Shown here: piece by piece, positions 1-12,032 of the stretch
How positions within the stretch are numbered: position 1 is the stretch's first letter
How the letters are laid out: the number at the start of each line of letters is the position of its first letter
Assembly (NCBI GenBank): GCA_964016885.1
Contig: OZ024741.1
Coordinates: forward strand, 283,216,001 to 283,280,000
Direction: 5' to 3'
DNA: 64,000 bases
DNA from: Eledone cirrhosa
Taxonomy: Eukaryota
Translations under genes and position numbers: made by a program
Notes under the pieces: model-generated
Database searches by the model: none
What the model was told of the DNA's origin: nothing
Seen by the model: only the letters and a program-made list of their open reading frames with translations

Positions 1-783
1 GTCACCTGCTAGTATAACTAGGTCTCTATCCTCTGTCATTGTGGTTGTCTCTAGAAGTTACTCATAAAAGCAGTCCTCTTCTTTACCTAGGCCCGCTTGG
101 GGAGCATAGGTAGAGACAATTGTCAGCAGTCTATTGCCTACAACTAATCTAATCTTAATTATTCTATTACTAACTCTAACTACCTCTATTGTCTTATTGA
201 TCCACCTCACGGTCAGTAATATGCCTAACCCTCCTAACCCATTTTAGAAAAAAATTTTTGGTAAATAGATAGAAGAGAGAGATATATGGATATAGATAGA
301 TATGTGTTGTTATGAATGTTAATATTTGTTTGTGTATTGTATCACCGAGAGTACCCGAAGCAGTCCAAAGGAATGTTGTGGCAAATACCATCATAAGACA
401 TTACGTTTTTTTATATATAATTTATTTACAAAGATGAGAAGTTGAGTTAGCTGTGATGACATGTCATAAGAAATAAAATAAAACAAATTAAGATGCTGTA
501 AATTTAGACGCAGTCAGATGGCTGAAGTAAGAGGCCAAGTCACAGAGAATTCCAGTAGCTAGATTTTGGAAAGTTTGTTGAGCAAAATCAAGAGATGTTT
601 ACCTTCTGGTGTCGTCGAGATGCAAGAGAAAAAGTTTATCGAAAAGAAGCGGGAATTTTTCCCTCTGGGCGGAAGTCGAGATACATCTACCTATAGCGAG
701 ATACATCTACCTGGTAGCGATTAGCTGAACTTAGCCAAACAACGTATAGAGAATGTATCCGTGAGCCCTCAGAATGTAGGTCA

Positions 784-1000
784 CTACACCATCATCCTTC
801 CTACCCAGAGAAGCTTATAGCTAAGCTGTTTGCCTGCGATTAGTCTTGCGGAGGCACCTCTCCATCTCACCTCTTGCACACAGCACACATCCACATGTCT
901 TCTCTCTAGCATCTCCACTATCTCACCAGAGCTACCTGTCAGGGTGCCAACATTAAGTGTGGAAACCCTGAGATGTGACATCTTTCGTTGTTTTTTCCTT
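784..1000 (-). mobile_element. RTE-clade LINE fragment (N-terminus of APE endonuclease)
   Basis: Translation LRVSTLNVGTL...EMLERRHVDVCCVQEVRWRG matches APE motifs I-II and the longer RTE copies in this window; truncated after about 60 codons. Confidence 0.85.
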
Positions 1001-1311
1001 TTCTGCAAAGAAAAATATTTATTTATAATCATGTTGTGCGATTGCTTAATGAGGGTTGGGGGTTCTCGCACATAGATGCACTAACCACCCCACTACTGTG
1101 CACAGCCCTAACATGGTTTGTGTTATTGCTGTTTATGCAGTTATTGCAATACTTATCTGTTGTGCTCATAATTGTTGGCATTAATATACTGGTTGGATGC
1201 CCTTCCTAACACCAGCACCACTTTACAGCATGGACTGAGTGCTTTTATTCGTGCAACCAGCACTAAAGAGGTTGTCTTACTGGACTCAGGAGCTCTCTCT
1301 ACCCCATACTC

Positions 1312-4300
1312 TATCATCATCATCATCATCAACGTTTAACGTCCGTGTTCCACGCTTGCATGGGTTTGGACGAGGGTAGTCCCACTTGAGGCAAGAGTGA
1401 TTGTCTTGCTCGCATAGGACTGTCTGGCAGGTTTTCTACAGTTGGATGCCCTTCCTAACACCAACCACATTTACAGTGTGGGTCTGGGAGGTTTTTACCG
1501 TGTTGCCTACACGGCCACATTACAGCGTGGACTGTGTGTTTTTTTGTCGTGACACCTACACGATCTCATTTGTTTCGGCCTGGATGGCGCGGCACCAACA
1601 TAACTTTACATAGAACGGGGTGGTGTGGATGGGGTGGGGGTGGTGGCGGGACGGGGTGTATTTTGTTAGAGATGCCTACTGGCAAGGCGGGTCTTCTCTG
1701 TTACTGAGTACCGCCAAAGGTCTCGGTCCAGTGACATTGTCTTGGAGAGGTGTAAGTGTGTGAGGTCGGAGTTTATCAGCTCGTCCCAGGTTTTTCTAGG
1801 TCTGCCTATTCCGTGGCTACCGTCTATCTTTATTGCCCTGCACTTTGTTATACAGCTATCGACTTTCATGCGCATCACGTGTCCATACCAACGTAGCCTT
1901 CTCTCGAGTAAACAACATCTGATCCCTCTTATCTCTAATTTTTTCCTTAGTTCGTTTATGCTTTGCCGTTCACGTATATTACTGTTACACATCCAGCGGA
2001 GCATGCAAGCTTCGTTCCTCTCTAGTCTGCGTATATCCTCTGCACACAATGCCCAAGTCTCACTGCCATGCAACATTGCTGTTCGTATGCAGGCATCGTA
2101 CAACCTGCCTTTCATTTTTAGGGAGAACCCTTTAGCAGCTAATAGTGGTATAAGCTCTCTGAACTTTTTCCAACCAGTTCTGACTCTAGCTACAGTACTT
2201 TCAGAGCACCCTCCCCCACTGCTGATTTTATCGCCCAGGTAACGGAAGCTGTCCACTATTTCTATAGAACCCTCTGCGCAATTGAAAGAGCTAGTATTTT
2301 GTGGGCACTTGCTGCTACTTATTGCACCAGAACACCGGCCACATGTAAAATCTATGTTCTTAGTTAGCTTACCTGTGATCCGACTACATCTTTTATCTTT
2401 TATGCACCCATACTTTGCATTTAGGACATAAAATGGAGTTTCTACCTACGCCTTTCCTACACACCGAGCACGACCATTTCCCAGAAGGGACCGCCGCCTT
2501 GTTTTCTTTCCTACAAACTAGAACTTTGGTCTTAGCCAGGTTAATTTTAAGTCCTTTTGACTCTAGGCCGTGCTTCCATGTTTGGAATTTCTTCTCTAGC
2601 TCGGCCATTGATTCCGCTATGAGTGTCAGGTCATCTGCGTATAGGAGTTCCCATGGGCAGCCTGTCTTGAACTCCTCTGTTATAGCCTGAAGGGCAATAA
2701 TAAATAGTAGGGGGCTGAGAACAGAGCCCTGATGGATGCCAACTTTTACGCTAAACTCTTCACTATATTCGTTGTTAATTCTAACCTTGCTGACTGTTTC
2801 TTTATACATGGCTTGTATAGCCCTCACAAGTCATTCGTCAACGCCTAGTTTTCTAAGAGCCCACCAGATAATGGAGCGGGGGACTCTGTCGAAGGCTTTC
2901 TCCAGGTCGACAAAAGCTAAGTAGAGGGGTTTACCTTTAGCTAGGTACTTCTCCTGTAGTTGTCGTACTATGAAAAGAGCGTCTGTGGTGCTTTTGCCTG
3001 ACACAAACCCGAACTGCATTTCATCTAGGTCAATTCTCTCTCTGATTAGTTGCGCTATTACTTTTTCCGTGACCTTCATGACCTGGTCGATTAATTTAAT
3101 GCCTCTATAGTTACTCCTATCTAGGGCGTCTCCTTTACCCTTATAACAGTTAACGATGATGCTGCTATGCCAGTCCTTCGGAACAACCCCATTCTGTACG
3201 ACTTGGTTAACTATGCGGGTGACCATGGTGTGTCCCACCGTGCCAGATGCCTTCAGCATCTCAGCAACTATTTCCGAAGGCCCAGCCGCCTTACCCGTCT
3301 TCATATCCTTGATTGCCTTACTTATTATACTCCCCTCGACTAACACTGCTGGTCCCTCTATTGGGTCGATATGGGGGAGACTGTCTTTCTCCCATTTATT
3401 CTCCTCATTTAGTAGCCTTTCATAGTGACACTTCCAAGCTACCTTCTTATCAGTGTCGGTGATGGCAAGTATGCCATCATCGTTAAGTACACACTTCTCC
3501 CCGACAATATCACGGTTTTCCTTGACGCATTGCCTAGCAATCCTGAACACCTCACGTTTTTGGTCATCGCGTTGTAGAACATGCTTGAACTTTCTTTCCT
3601 CAGCTTCCCTTCTTGCTAAGTACACTTCTCTCCTAGCTTCCCTCCTGGCCACTTGATAGTCTACTCTACTTCCCCCATCCCGCCATACTTTCCAAGCCCG
3701 CTTTTTGGCCTTAATTGACCCCTCCACCTTACTGTTCCACCACCATGTTACTCTCCTCCTGCCTATAGGTCTGCTCCAGCCACAGATTTCATCTGTCGCC
3801 TTCAGCAGGTTAGCTTTCAGGAATTCCCACTGTTCCTCTATATTGAACGACTCTAATTGCTCTTCCTTACTGTCAAAAGCATCAAGTAATATGCTTTTAA
3901 ATTTATTACTGGCTGTGGGGTCCTTTAGCTTCCATATTTTTCTCCTGAGGATAGTCCTCCTCTGTTGTCGAGTACGTCTTGTCCTGACTATGAGGTCGCT
4001 AACTATGAGTCTATGTTGGGAGGTGCATTCTTCATGGGGGAGGGATTTAGTGTTTACAACAGACACTCTGTCACGTCTTCTGGTAAGGATATAATCTATC
4101 TGACTGGTATGTTCCCCTGATCTATAGGTGATCAAGTGATTGTCTCGTTTTTTGAAGTTAGTGTTACAGATAGTTAGGTTATTTGCGTCACAGAATTCCA
4201 GGATTCTGGAGCCTTCCTCATTTCTAGTACCAAACTCATAGCCTCCATGGATTCCGTCGTAGCCGTCACAATGTTGTCCAACGTGACCATTTAGGTCGCC

Positions 4301-4993
4301 TGCAATAATTATATAGTCACTGTCAGATATTTGGGAGGTAGTTAGCAACAGTGTCTCATAGAATCTGTCTTTTATAGTGCCGGGCAGTCCGGATTGGGGT
4401 GCGTACGCAGATATTACTGTCACCATAGTTCTATTGAGGACAAGTCGTATTTTAATTATTCTGTCGTTCACTCTATTTACGTCTATTATCTTATCTGCCC
4501 ACTTTTCTGCTACCATGATTCCTACTCCACCCAGCCCATCGTCGTTTCCCACCCAGAAAAGCTTATAACATCGTTTTTTACCCTCAATGAATTTAGCAGA
4601 CCCACCCCTCCACCTGGTCTCTTGAATACAACAAACATCGACCTCCTTACGTTCAAGCATTTCTACAACCTCGTTAGCGCGACCCTTTAGGGTGCCTACA
4701 TTTATGGTACCAACTCTGAAGTTTTGGATTGCGTTTGGAGGGTGGGGGTGGTGGGGGGCGGGGGGAGATAGGGTTATGTTAGCCATCCGCGGACGAAACA
4801 AAGAGGAGTGCTCGCATTCTCGTCCACGAGGTGAATTTGACTTTAACTTTGGCATTTTCGCTCTGAGCGTCCAGATTTTTCTCTCCCTTCCACTCTCCAG
4901 GATTCCGCAGTCCGTCCATCCATCCATCCATGCATCATATATCGAAGGCAACCGGGCAAGCGATAGTATAGGCCTCTGGCTTATGATTGGTCC
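1312..4993 (-). mobile_element. Near full-length RTE-clade LINE, copy 1 (APE + RT + PHD-like finger)
   Basis: ORF pieces 2831-4951, 2393-2827 and 1666-2256 give APE (NVGTL, QETRW, GDLNGH, QIDYI, SQHRL), RT (FVDLEKAFDRV, QGSVLSPLLF, LLYADD) and the RTE C-terminus (RLRWYGHV, GRPRKTW). One in-frame stop at about 2831 and one frameshift at about 2395. (ATC)n tail at 1312-1330. Confidence 0.95.
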
Positions 4994-5145
4994 GCGTAAT
5001 AATAATAATGGTGATGCGTGGGGGGGAGGGGGGGCTCTGGCTTATAATAATAATGGTGATGCGTGGGGGGGGGTATGGCTTATGATTGGTCCACGTATTA
5101 AGAATGGTGGTGTGTGGGGGCGGGTGGGTGGTGTGTGGGGTAGCT

Positions 5146-5990
5146 AGCTGGAAGGTTATGAATGTTTAACAAGCGATTAACAAAAAGCAAAACTGCAAGA
5201 TTTGTTCTGTTCAATACGACAAAAACACCGTATTTAAACCTTAAATAAATAACAAAAAAATACAGATTTCGGATTTTGCGAGATTGGATGTTTGGACTAT
5301 GTACGAAATTGAGCGTGGAGTAGATAGAGAAAAATGTGTACGTTACGATTACATGGGTACACCGTAGTAGGAATAATTGAAGCAGCGATGGATTGGCGAA
5401 AGTGAATAAACATGAAGGAGAACTTATCTTATATATATATATGTGTGTGTGTAGCTAAGAGAGAGAGAGAGGGGAAGGGGAAGAGAGAGAGAGGGGAAAG
5501 GGAAGAGAGAGAGAGGGGAAGGGGGAGAGAGAGTGTGGCTGACCGCAGCCCCTCGTGGAGTAGATGGAGGGTGAAGGGTGTAGAGCGGATTTTTTGACTT
5601 TCGAAGTAGCATAATATATATATTTAAAGTAATTTATAAGAAGTAGAATGGGAAGGATTTTGTTTTTTGTTTGAGAATACGATAGAATTAAGGAATTGGA
5701 GGATACGATAGAATTAAGAATGGGAAGGATTTTGTTTTTTGTTTGAGAATACGATAGAATTAAGGAATTGGAGGATACGATAGAATTAAGAATGGGAAGG
5801 ATTTTGTTTTTTGTTTGGGAATACGATAGAATTAAGGAATTTAAGGAATTGGAGAATACGATAGAATTAAGGAATTGAGGAGCTGGAAGGTTATGAATGT
5901 TTAACAAGCGATTAACAAAAAGCAAAACTGCAAGATTTGTTCTGTTCAATACGACAAAAACACTGTATTTAAACCTTAAATAAATAACAA

Positions 5991-5995
<5 letters not shown>
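5146..5995. repeat. 115-bp direct repeat (5146-5260, 5881-5995) enclosing a purine-rich tract and about 3 copies of a 72-bp tandem unit
   Basis: agctggaaggttatgaatgtttaacaagcg...aaataacaaaaaaa occurs twice with 1 visible difference; the unit agaatgggaaggattttg... starts at 5645, 5717 and 5789. Confidence 0.9.
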
Positions 5996-6021
<26 letters not shown>

Positions 6022-6336
6022 TATAATGATGAAATATATGGAGAATAGAAATGGCTGTGTAGTTGCTATTTCAGGTAACTTAAAATGCAGTGGGAATACG
6101 AAGAAAGCCAGAAGGAGGGGGGGGGGGGGGAGTTTTCCTCATCAGTTGTCTACTGGGTGTCTCGGATATTTCTACGCTTTAAAGACAATATATCTCGCCC
6201 CAGGGCGTCAATAACTGGATAAGTAATTGGGAAAACGGAGGAGGGAGGGAAGGAAAGCAAAAGGGAAGAAAGGAGAAAACAGTAACAAAACAGCGAAAAA
6301 AAACAGCAAATATATATATATATTTAATATAGAAAA

Positions 6337-6389
6337 GGCTTCTACAGGAGACTAGAACTGTTTCATTCAGGAGAAATCATCAGGAAGCC
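6337..6389 (-). ncRNA. Type I hammerhead ribozyme (Penelope-like/retrozyme type)
   Basis: Minus strand reads GGCTTC-CTGATGA-tttctcctgaat-GAAA-CAG-ttctagtctc-CTG-TA-GAAGCC: 6-bp stem I, intact CUGAUGA/GAAA core, stem III and a GUA cleavage triplet. Confidence 0.8.
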
Positions 6390-6904
6390 CTGATGATAAG
6401 TACCTTACTGTGGTTACCCCCGATTGAACCCGGGATAAACTTATATATATATATGTATATATATATATAAAGAGAGAGGGGGAGGGGAGACAGGCAGACA
6501 GAGAAAGAGAAGGAAGAGATCATATATGAGAACAATAAGTTGTTATACAACTTGCTTTCTAATATTATAAATAACCTGTCGGTGGTCAAAAATTTCAGAA
6601 TTCTTCGAATCTTCATAAAGGGACGTTTGAGAAATGTAATGTATTTTATGCCATTTTCTTGTCTCTCTCTCTATGTTTTACATGGTCCATTTCAATTTTA
6701 TTCGATAATTCTGTCAGACCCTCAAAAACAATCTTCTTGTATTTAAACTCTGATTATTGTTATACGTTCGTTTACTAACCTTCTCGTATTTAAACACTGA
6801 TTACTGTTAAACATTCGTTTGTAGGTTTAGATTATAAAAAAAAATAACCTTCTCGTTAACTTCCCCATATCCCTCCCCCAGCTCCCACTCGCCACCATTA
6901 TTAG

Positions 6905-7090
6905 ATGTGGCAATATCAGTAGAGGGTCGGACGCCATGCTTTCCAGCATAGTTACGTCCCTTTACGATCTAAGTTCAAATCCCGCCGAGGTTGACTTTGC
7001 CTTTCATCCTTACGGGGTCGATAAAATAAAGTACCAGTAATGCACTGTGTAATTGCTGGCCTTGTGCCTAAAGTAGAAACAATTATTAGA
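6905..7090 (+). mobile_element. tRNA-derived SINE
   Basis: B box GTTCAAATCC plus the core gactttgcctttcatccttacggggtcgataaaataaagtacc shared by at least 10 copies in the window. Confidence 0.85.
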
Positions 7091-10000
7091 TGGTCCAATC
7101 ATAATTCAGCAGCTTATTACACAAAACCACCACCTTGGCTATTCACTCCTTAAGTTTAAACCTGGTTGCCTTTGATATGCTAGATGGACTGTGGAATTCT
7201 GGAGGGTATGAAGAATCTGGACACTCAAATGACAATGTCAAAGATAAAGATAAATTCACCTCATGTGGCCGGACGAAAATGCAAGGATTCCTCGTTATTT
7301 CAGATGCGGATGGCAAACATAACCCCATCTCCCTCACCCCGCCCTACACCTCCAACCCATCCCTTCCACCCACCAAACGAAATCCAAAACTTCAGAGTTG
7401 GTACCATGAATGTAGGCACTTTAAAAGGTCACTCTAACGAGGTTGTAGAGATGCTTGAATGTAAGGAAGTTGATGCTTGTTGCGTCCAAGAGTATAAGTG
7501 GAGGGGTGGGTCTGCTAGATTCATTGTGGGTAAAAATGATGCTATAAACTTTTCTGGGTGGAAAATGAAAATGGGCTGGGTGGAGTAGGAATTATATTAG
7601 CAGAAAAATGGGTAGATAAGGTAATTGACATAAATAGAGTGAACGACAGAATAATCAAAATAAGACTTGTCCTAAATAGAACTACTGTGACAATAATATC
7701 CGCTTACGTACCTCAATCTGGACTGCCTGGCATTATAAAAGACAGATTCTATGAGTCACTAATGCTTACTACCTCCCAACTCACCAACAGTGACTACATA
7801 ATTATTGCTGGCGACCTAAATGGTCATGTTGGACAACATTGTGACGGCTATGACGGAATCCATGGAGGCTATGGGTTTGGTACCAGAAATGAGGAAGGCT
7901 TCAGAATCGTGGAATTCTGTGACGCAAATAACCTAATTATCTGAAACACAAACTTTAAAAAATGAGACAATCACTTGATCACCTATAGATTAGGGGAACA
8001 CGCCAGTCAGATAGATTATATCCTTACCAGAAGATGTGACAAAGTGTCTGTTGAAAACACTAAATCCCTCCCCCGCGAAGAATGCACCTCCCAACATAGC
8101 CTCATAGTCAGGACGAGACATACTCGACAACAGAGGAGGACTACCCTGAGAAGAAGAATATGGAAGTTAAAGGACCCCACAAGCAGTAACAAATTTAAAA
8201 GCATATTACTTGATGCTTTTGACAGTAAGGAAGAGCAATTAGAGACGTACAGTATAGAGGAACAGTGGGAATTCCTGAAAGCTAAGCTGCTGAAGGCGGC
8301 AGATGAAGTCTGTGGCTGGAGCAGGTCTATAGGCAGGAGAAGAGTAACATGGTGGTGGAGCAGTAAGGTGGAAGAGTCAATCAAGGCCAAAAAGCAAGCT
8401 TGGAAAGTATGGTGGGATGGGGAAGTAGAAACACTATCAAGTGGCCAGGAGGGAAGCTAGGAGACAAGTGTACCTTGCAAGAAGGGAAGCAGAGGAAAGA
8501 ATGTTCAAGTATGTTCTACAACGCGAGGACCAAAAACGTGAGGTGTTCAAGATTGCTAGACAATATGTCAAGGAAAACCGTGATATTGTTGGGGAGAAGT
8601 GTGTCCATAATGATGATGGTATACTTTGCCATCACTGATACTGATAAGAAGGTAGCTTGGAAGTGTCACTACGAAAGGCTACTAAATGAGGAGAATAAGT
8701 GGGAAAAAGATAGTCTGCCCCAAATCGATCCAATAGAGGGACCAGCAGTGCAAGTTGAAGGTGGTATAATAAGTAAGGCAATCAAAGATATGAAGACAGG
8801 CAAAGCAGCTGGGTCTTCGGAGATAGTTGCTGAAATGCTTAAAGCATCGGGATCGGTGGGACACACTATGGTCACCCGGATAGTAAACCAAGTCATACAG
8901 AATGGGGTCATACCAAATGACTGGCGTAGCAGCATCATCATTAACTGCTACAAGGGTAAAGGAGATGCCCTAGATAGGGGGAACTATAGAGGCATTAAAT
9001 TTATTGACCAGGTCATGAAGGTCACAGAAAAAGTTATAGTGCAACTAATCAGAGAGAAAATTGATCTAGATGAAATGCAGTTCGGGTTTGTGTCAGATAA
9101 AAGTACCACACATGCTCTTTTCCTTGTACGACAACTACAGGAGAAGTACCTAGCTAAAAGTAAACCCCTATACTTAGCTTTTGTTGACTTGGAGAAAGCC
9201 TTTGACAGAGACCCCGCTCCATTATCTGGTGGGCTCTTAGAAAACTAGGTGTTGATGAATGGCTTGTGAGAGCTATACAAGCCATGTATAAAGAAACAGT
9301 CAGCAAGGTTAGAATTAACAACGAATATAGTGAAGAGTTTAGTGTAAAAGTTGGTGTTCATCAGGGCTCCATCCTTAGCCCCTCCTATTTATTATTGCCC
9401 TTCAGGCTATAACAGAGGAGTTCAAGACCGGCTGCCCATGGGAACTTCTATATGCAGATAATCTAATGCTCATAGCTGAATCAATGGCTGAACTAGAGAA
9501 GAAATTCCAAACTTGGAAGCATGGCCTAGAATCAAAAGGCCTTAAAATTAACTTGTCTAAAACTAAAGTTCTAGTATGTAGGAAGGAAAATAGGGCACTG
9601 GTCCCCTCTGGGAAATGGCCATGCTCAGTGTGTAGGAAAGGAGTAGGCAGAAACTCCATTTTATGTCCCAAATGCAAAGTATGGGTGCATAAAAGATGTA
9701 GTGGGATCACAGGTAAACTAACTAAGAACATAGATTTTATATGTGGCTGGTGCTCAGGTGCAATAAGTAGTAGCAAGTGCCCACAGGATACTAGCTCCTT
9801 CCATTGCCCAGATGGTTCTATAGAAATAGTGGACACCTTCTGTTACCTGGGTGACAAAATCGGCAGTGGTGGAGGGTGCTCTGAAAGTACAGTAGCTAGA
9901 GTCAGAACGAGAGGGAAAAAGTTCAGAGAGCTTATACCGCTGTTGGCCACTAAAGGTTTCTCTCTAAAAATGAAAGACAGGCTGTATGATGCCTGCATAC

Positions 10001-10777
10001 GAACAGCAATGCTACATGGCAGTGAGACATGGGCATTGTGTGCAGAGGATCTGCGCAGACTGGAGAGGAATGAAGCTTGCATGCTCCATTAGATGTGTAA
10101 TAGTAATATACGTGAACGGCAAAGCATAAATGAACTAAGTGAGAAATTAGGAATAAGAGGGATCAGATGCTGTTTACTTGAGAGAAGACTACGTTGGTAT
10201 GGTCACGTGATGTGCATGAAAGATGACAGCTATATAAAAAATTGCAGGGCGATCAAAATAGATGGAAGCTAAGGAGTAAGCAGACCCAGAAAAACCTGGG
10301 ACGATTTGATAAATTCTGACCTTACACACTTACACCTCTCCAAGACAATGTCACTGGACCGAGATCTTTGGTGCTACGCAGTAATATAGAAGACCCGCCT
10401 TGCCTAAGTACAAAGCGAAACCTCAGTAGGCACCTCCTAGCCAAAAATACACCCCCATCCCACTACCCCTACCCCACCCACATCTACACCACCCCTTTCT
10501 CTGTAAAGTTATGTTGGTACCACAACATCCAGTCCTAAATAAATGAGGTCGTGTAGATGTCACGACAAAAAAACACACAGTCCACGCTGTAATGTGGCCG
10601 TGTAGGTAACACGGTAAAAACCTCCCAGTCCACACTGTAAATGTGGTTGGTATTAGGAAGGGCATCCAGCCGTAGAAAACCCGCCAGACAGTCCTATACA
10701 AGCAAGACAGCCAATCTTGCCTCACGTGGGACAATTCCCGTCTAAACCCATGCTAGCGTGGAAGATAGATCTTAAAC

Positions 10778-10812
<35 letters not shown>
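7091..10812 (+). mobile_element. Near full-length RTE-clade LINE, copy 2 (same family as copy 1, more decayed)
   Basis: ORF fragments 7184-10092 align with the copy 1 protein; several frameshifts and stops; (GAT)n tail at about 10778-10812. Confidence 0.95.
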
Positions 10813-10813
<1 letters not shown>

Positions 10814-12032
10814 AAATAGAGATGTATAAAAATGTAATTAGAATTTTGATGATGTGCTAAATTTTTAACATAAAGTAGAAACTCTAGTAGTAGAAACTTT
10901 AAAGTAGAAACATTTTTTAATTAATTTATGAAGCATCAGGAAATTTGAAATTTGAAAACACAGTCACCACAATGCAGATAACTATAATAATAGTTGAATA
11001 AATTAGGTAAAGTGCACCTTGAGATGGAAAAAAATAGATCTCTACCATCTTTCAACACAAATGAATATCAAATACCATCTACCACCACATAAACTTAAAT
11101 ACAAACACAAACAAAATACCTTGGGTGGAGAAGGGGTAGCACATAGCCTGCTAGAAATAATAGGCAAGTCTCCTTCAAACCACATCCTTCACATTTACAA
11201 AAAAAGGACTGTTTGGATAATGCGGTTCTGAAAAAGACAGGCTGCTTACTGTTAGGATGTCTTTAATAATAGGTCTGCTCGTGAAGAGCTAGTGAGGGTC
11301 AAACAATACCAATAACAGCATTCCCTATCATGGTTATTGTCTATATAAAGGACTAAACTTACCAACACTAGCTAACAAGTCATTCATCAGTCATACTCGG
11401 TATCCCCTCATTCTTCTTCTTCCATATATTCCCGAGAGGGTCGTGGAGGAAGAGTACTCAAACACTCCTCCCAGCAGCTCCTGTCAGAAGCAACCGTCTC
11501 TAACTGATCAGGCTAGATCCCCAAGCATGACCAGCCAAGCTCATGGATGTTTAGGAAATAGATATCGGTGCACATGCAACATAATATAAAAGACAAAGAG
11601 TACTGGTGAGTGTGAGTGATAAAGTTTTACTTCATAGAAGTCAAAGGTGTATAATGTAAAGGGTTGTTACCCGATGGCAATAATACCATTCTGAAGTTGG
11701 TAGAAAATGTCTTGGCGCTCTAATCTCAGGCTGGTGAGCTGCATGGTGCTTGGTAACAAAAGGGTCGTCCAGCAAGGATCACCAGCTTGAGATTAGAGCG
11801 CCAAGACATTTTCTACCAACTTCAGAATGGTATTATTGCCATCGGGTAACAACCCTTTACATTATACACCTTTGACTTCTATGAAGTAAAACTTTATCAC
11901 TCACACTCACCAGTACTCTTTGTCTTTTATATTATGTTGCATGTGCACCGATATCTATTTCCTAAAGTGGTGACCCCGACGTGATGAACGGCTGCGTGTT
12001 CGTATCACGTCAGGGTTACCAATATAGCGAGG

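Noticed and set aside
1742-4094. Long antisense ORFs over RTE coding regions
   Set aside because: Shadow frames of the LINE ORF; no independent evidence.
11729-11729. Single A-to-G difference between hairpin copies as an ADAR editing fossil
   Set aside because: One site only, and it would be U-to-C on the inferred minus-strand RNA; ordinary mutation suffices.
11990-12021. tRNA-Trp gene
   Set aside because: Only the 3' 32 nt are present and CCA is included, so this is a primer copy rather than a gene.
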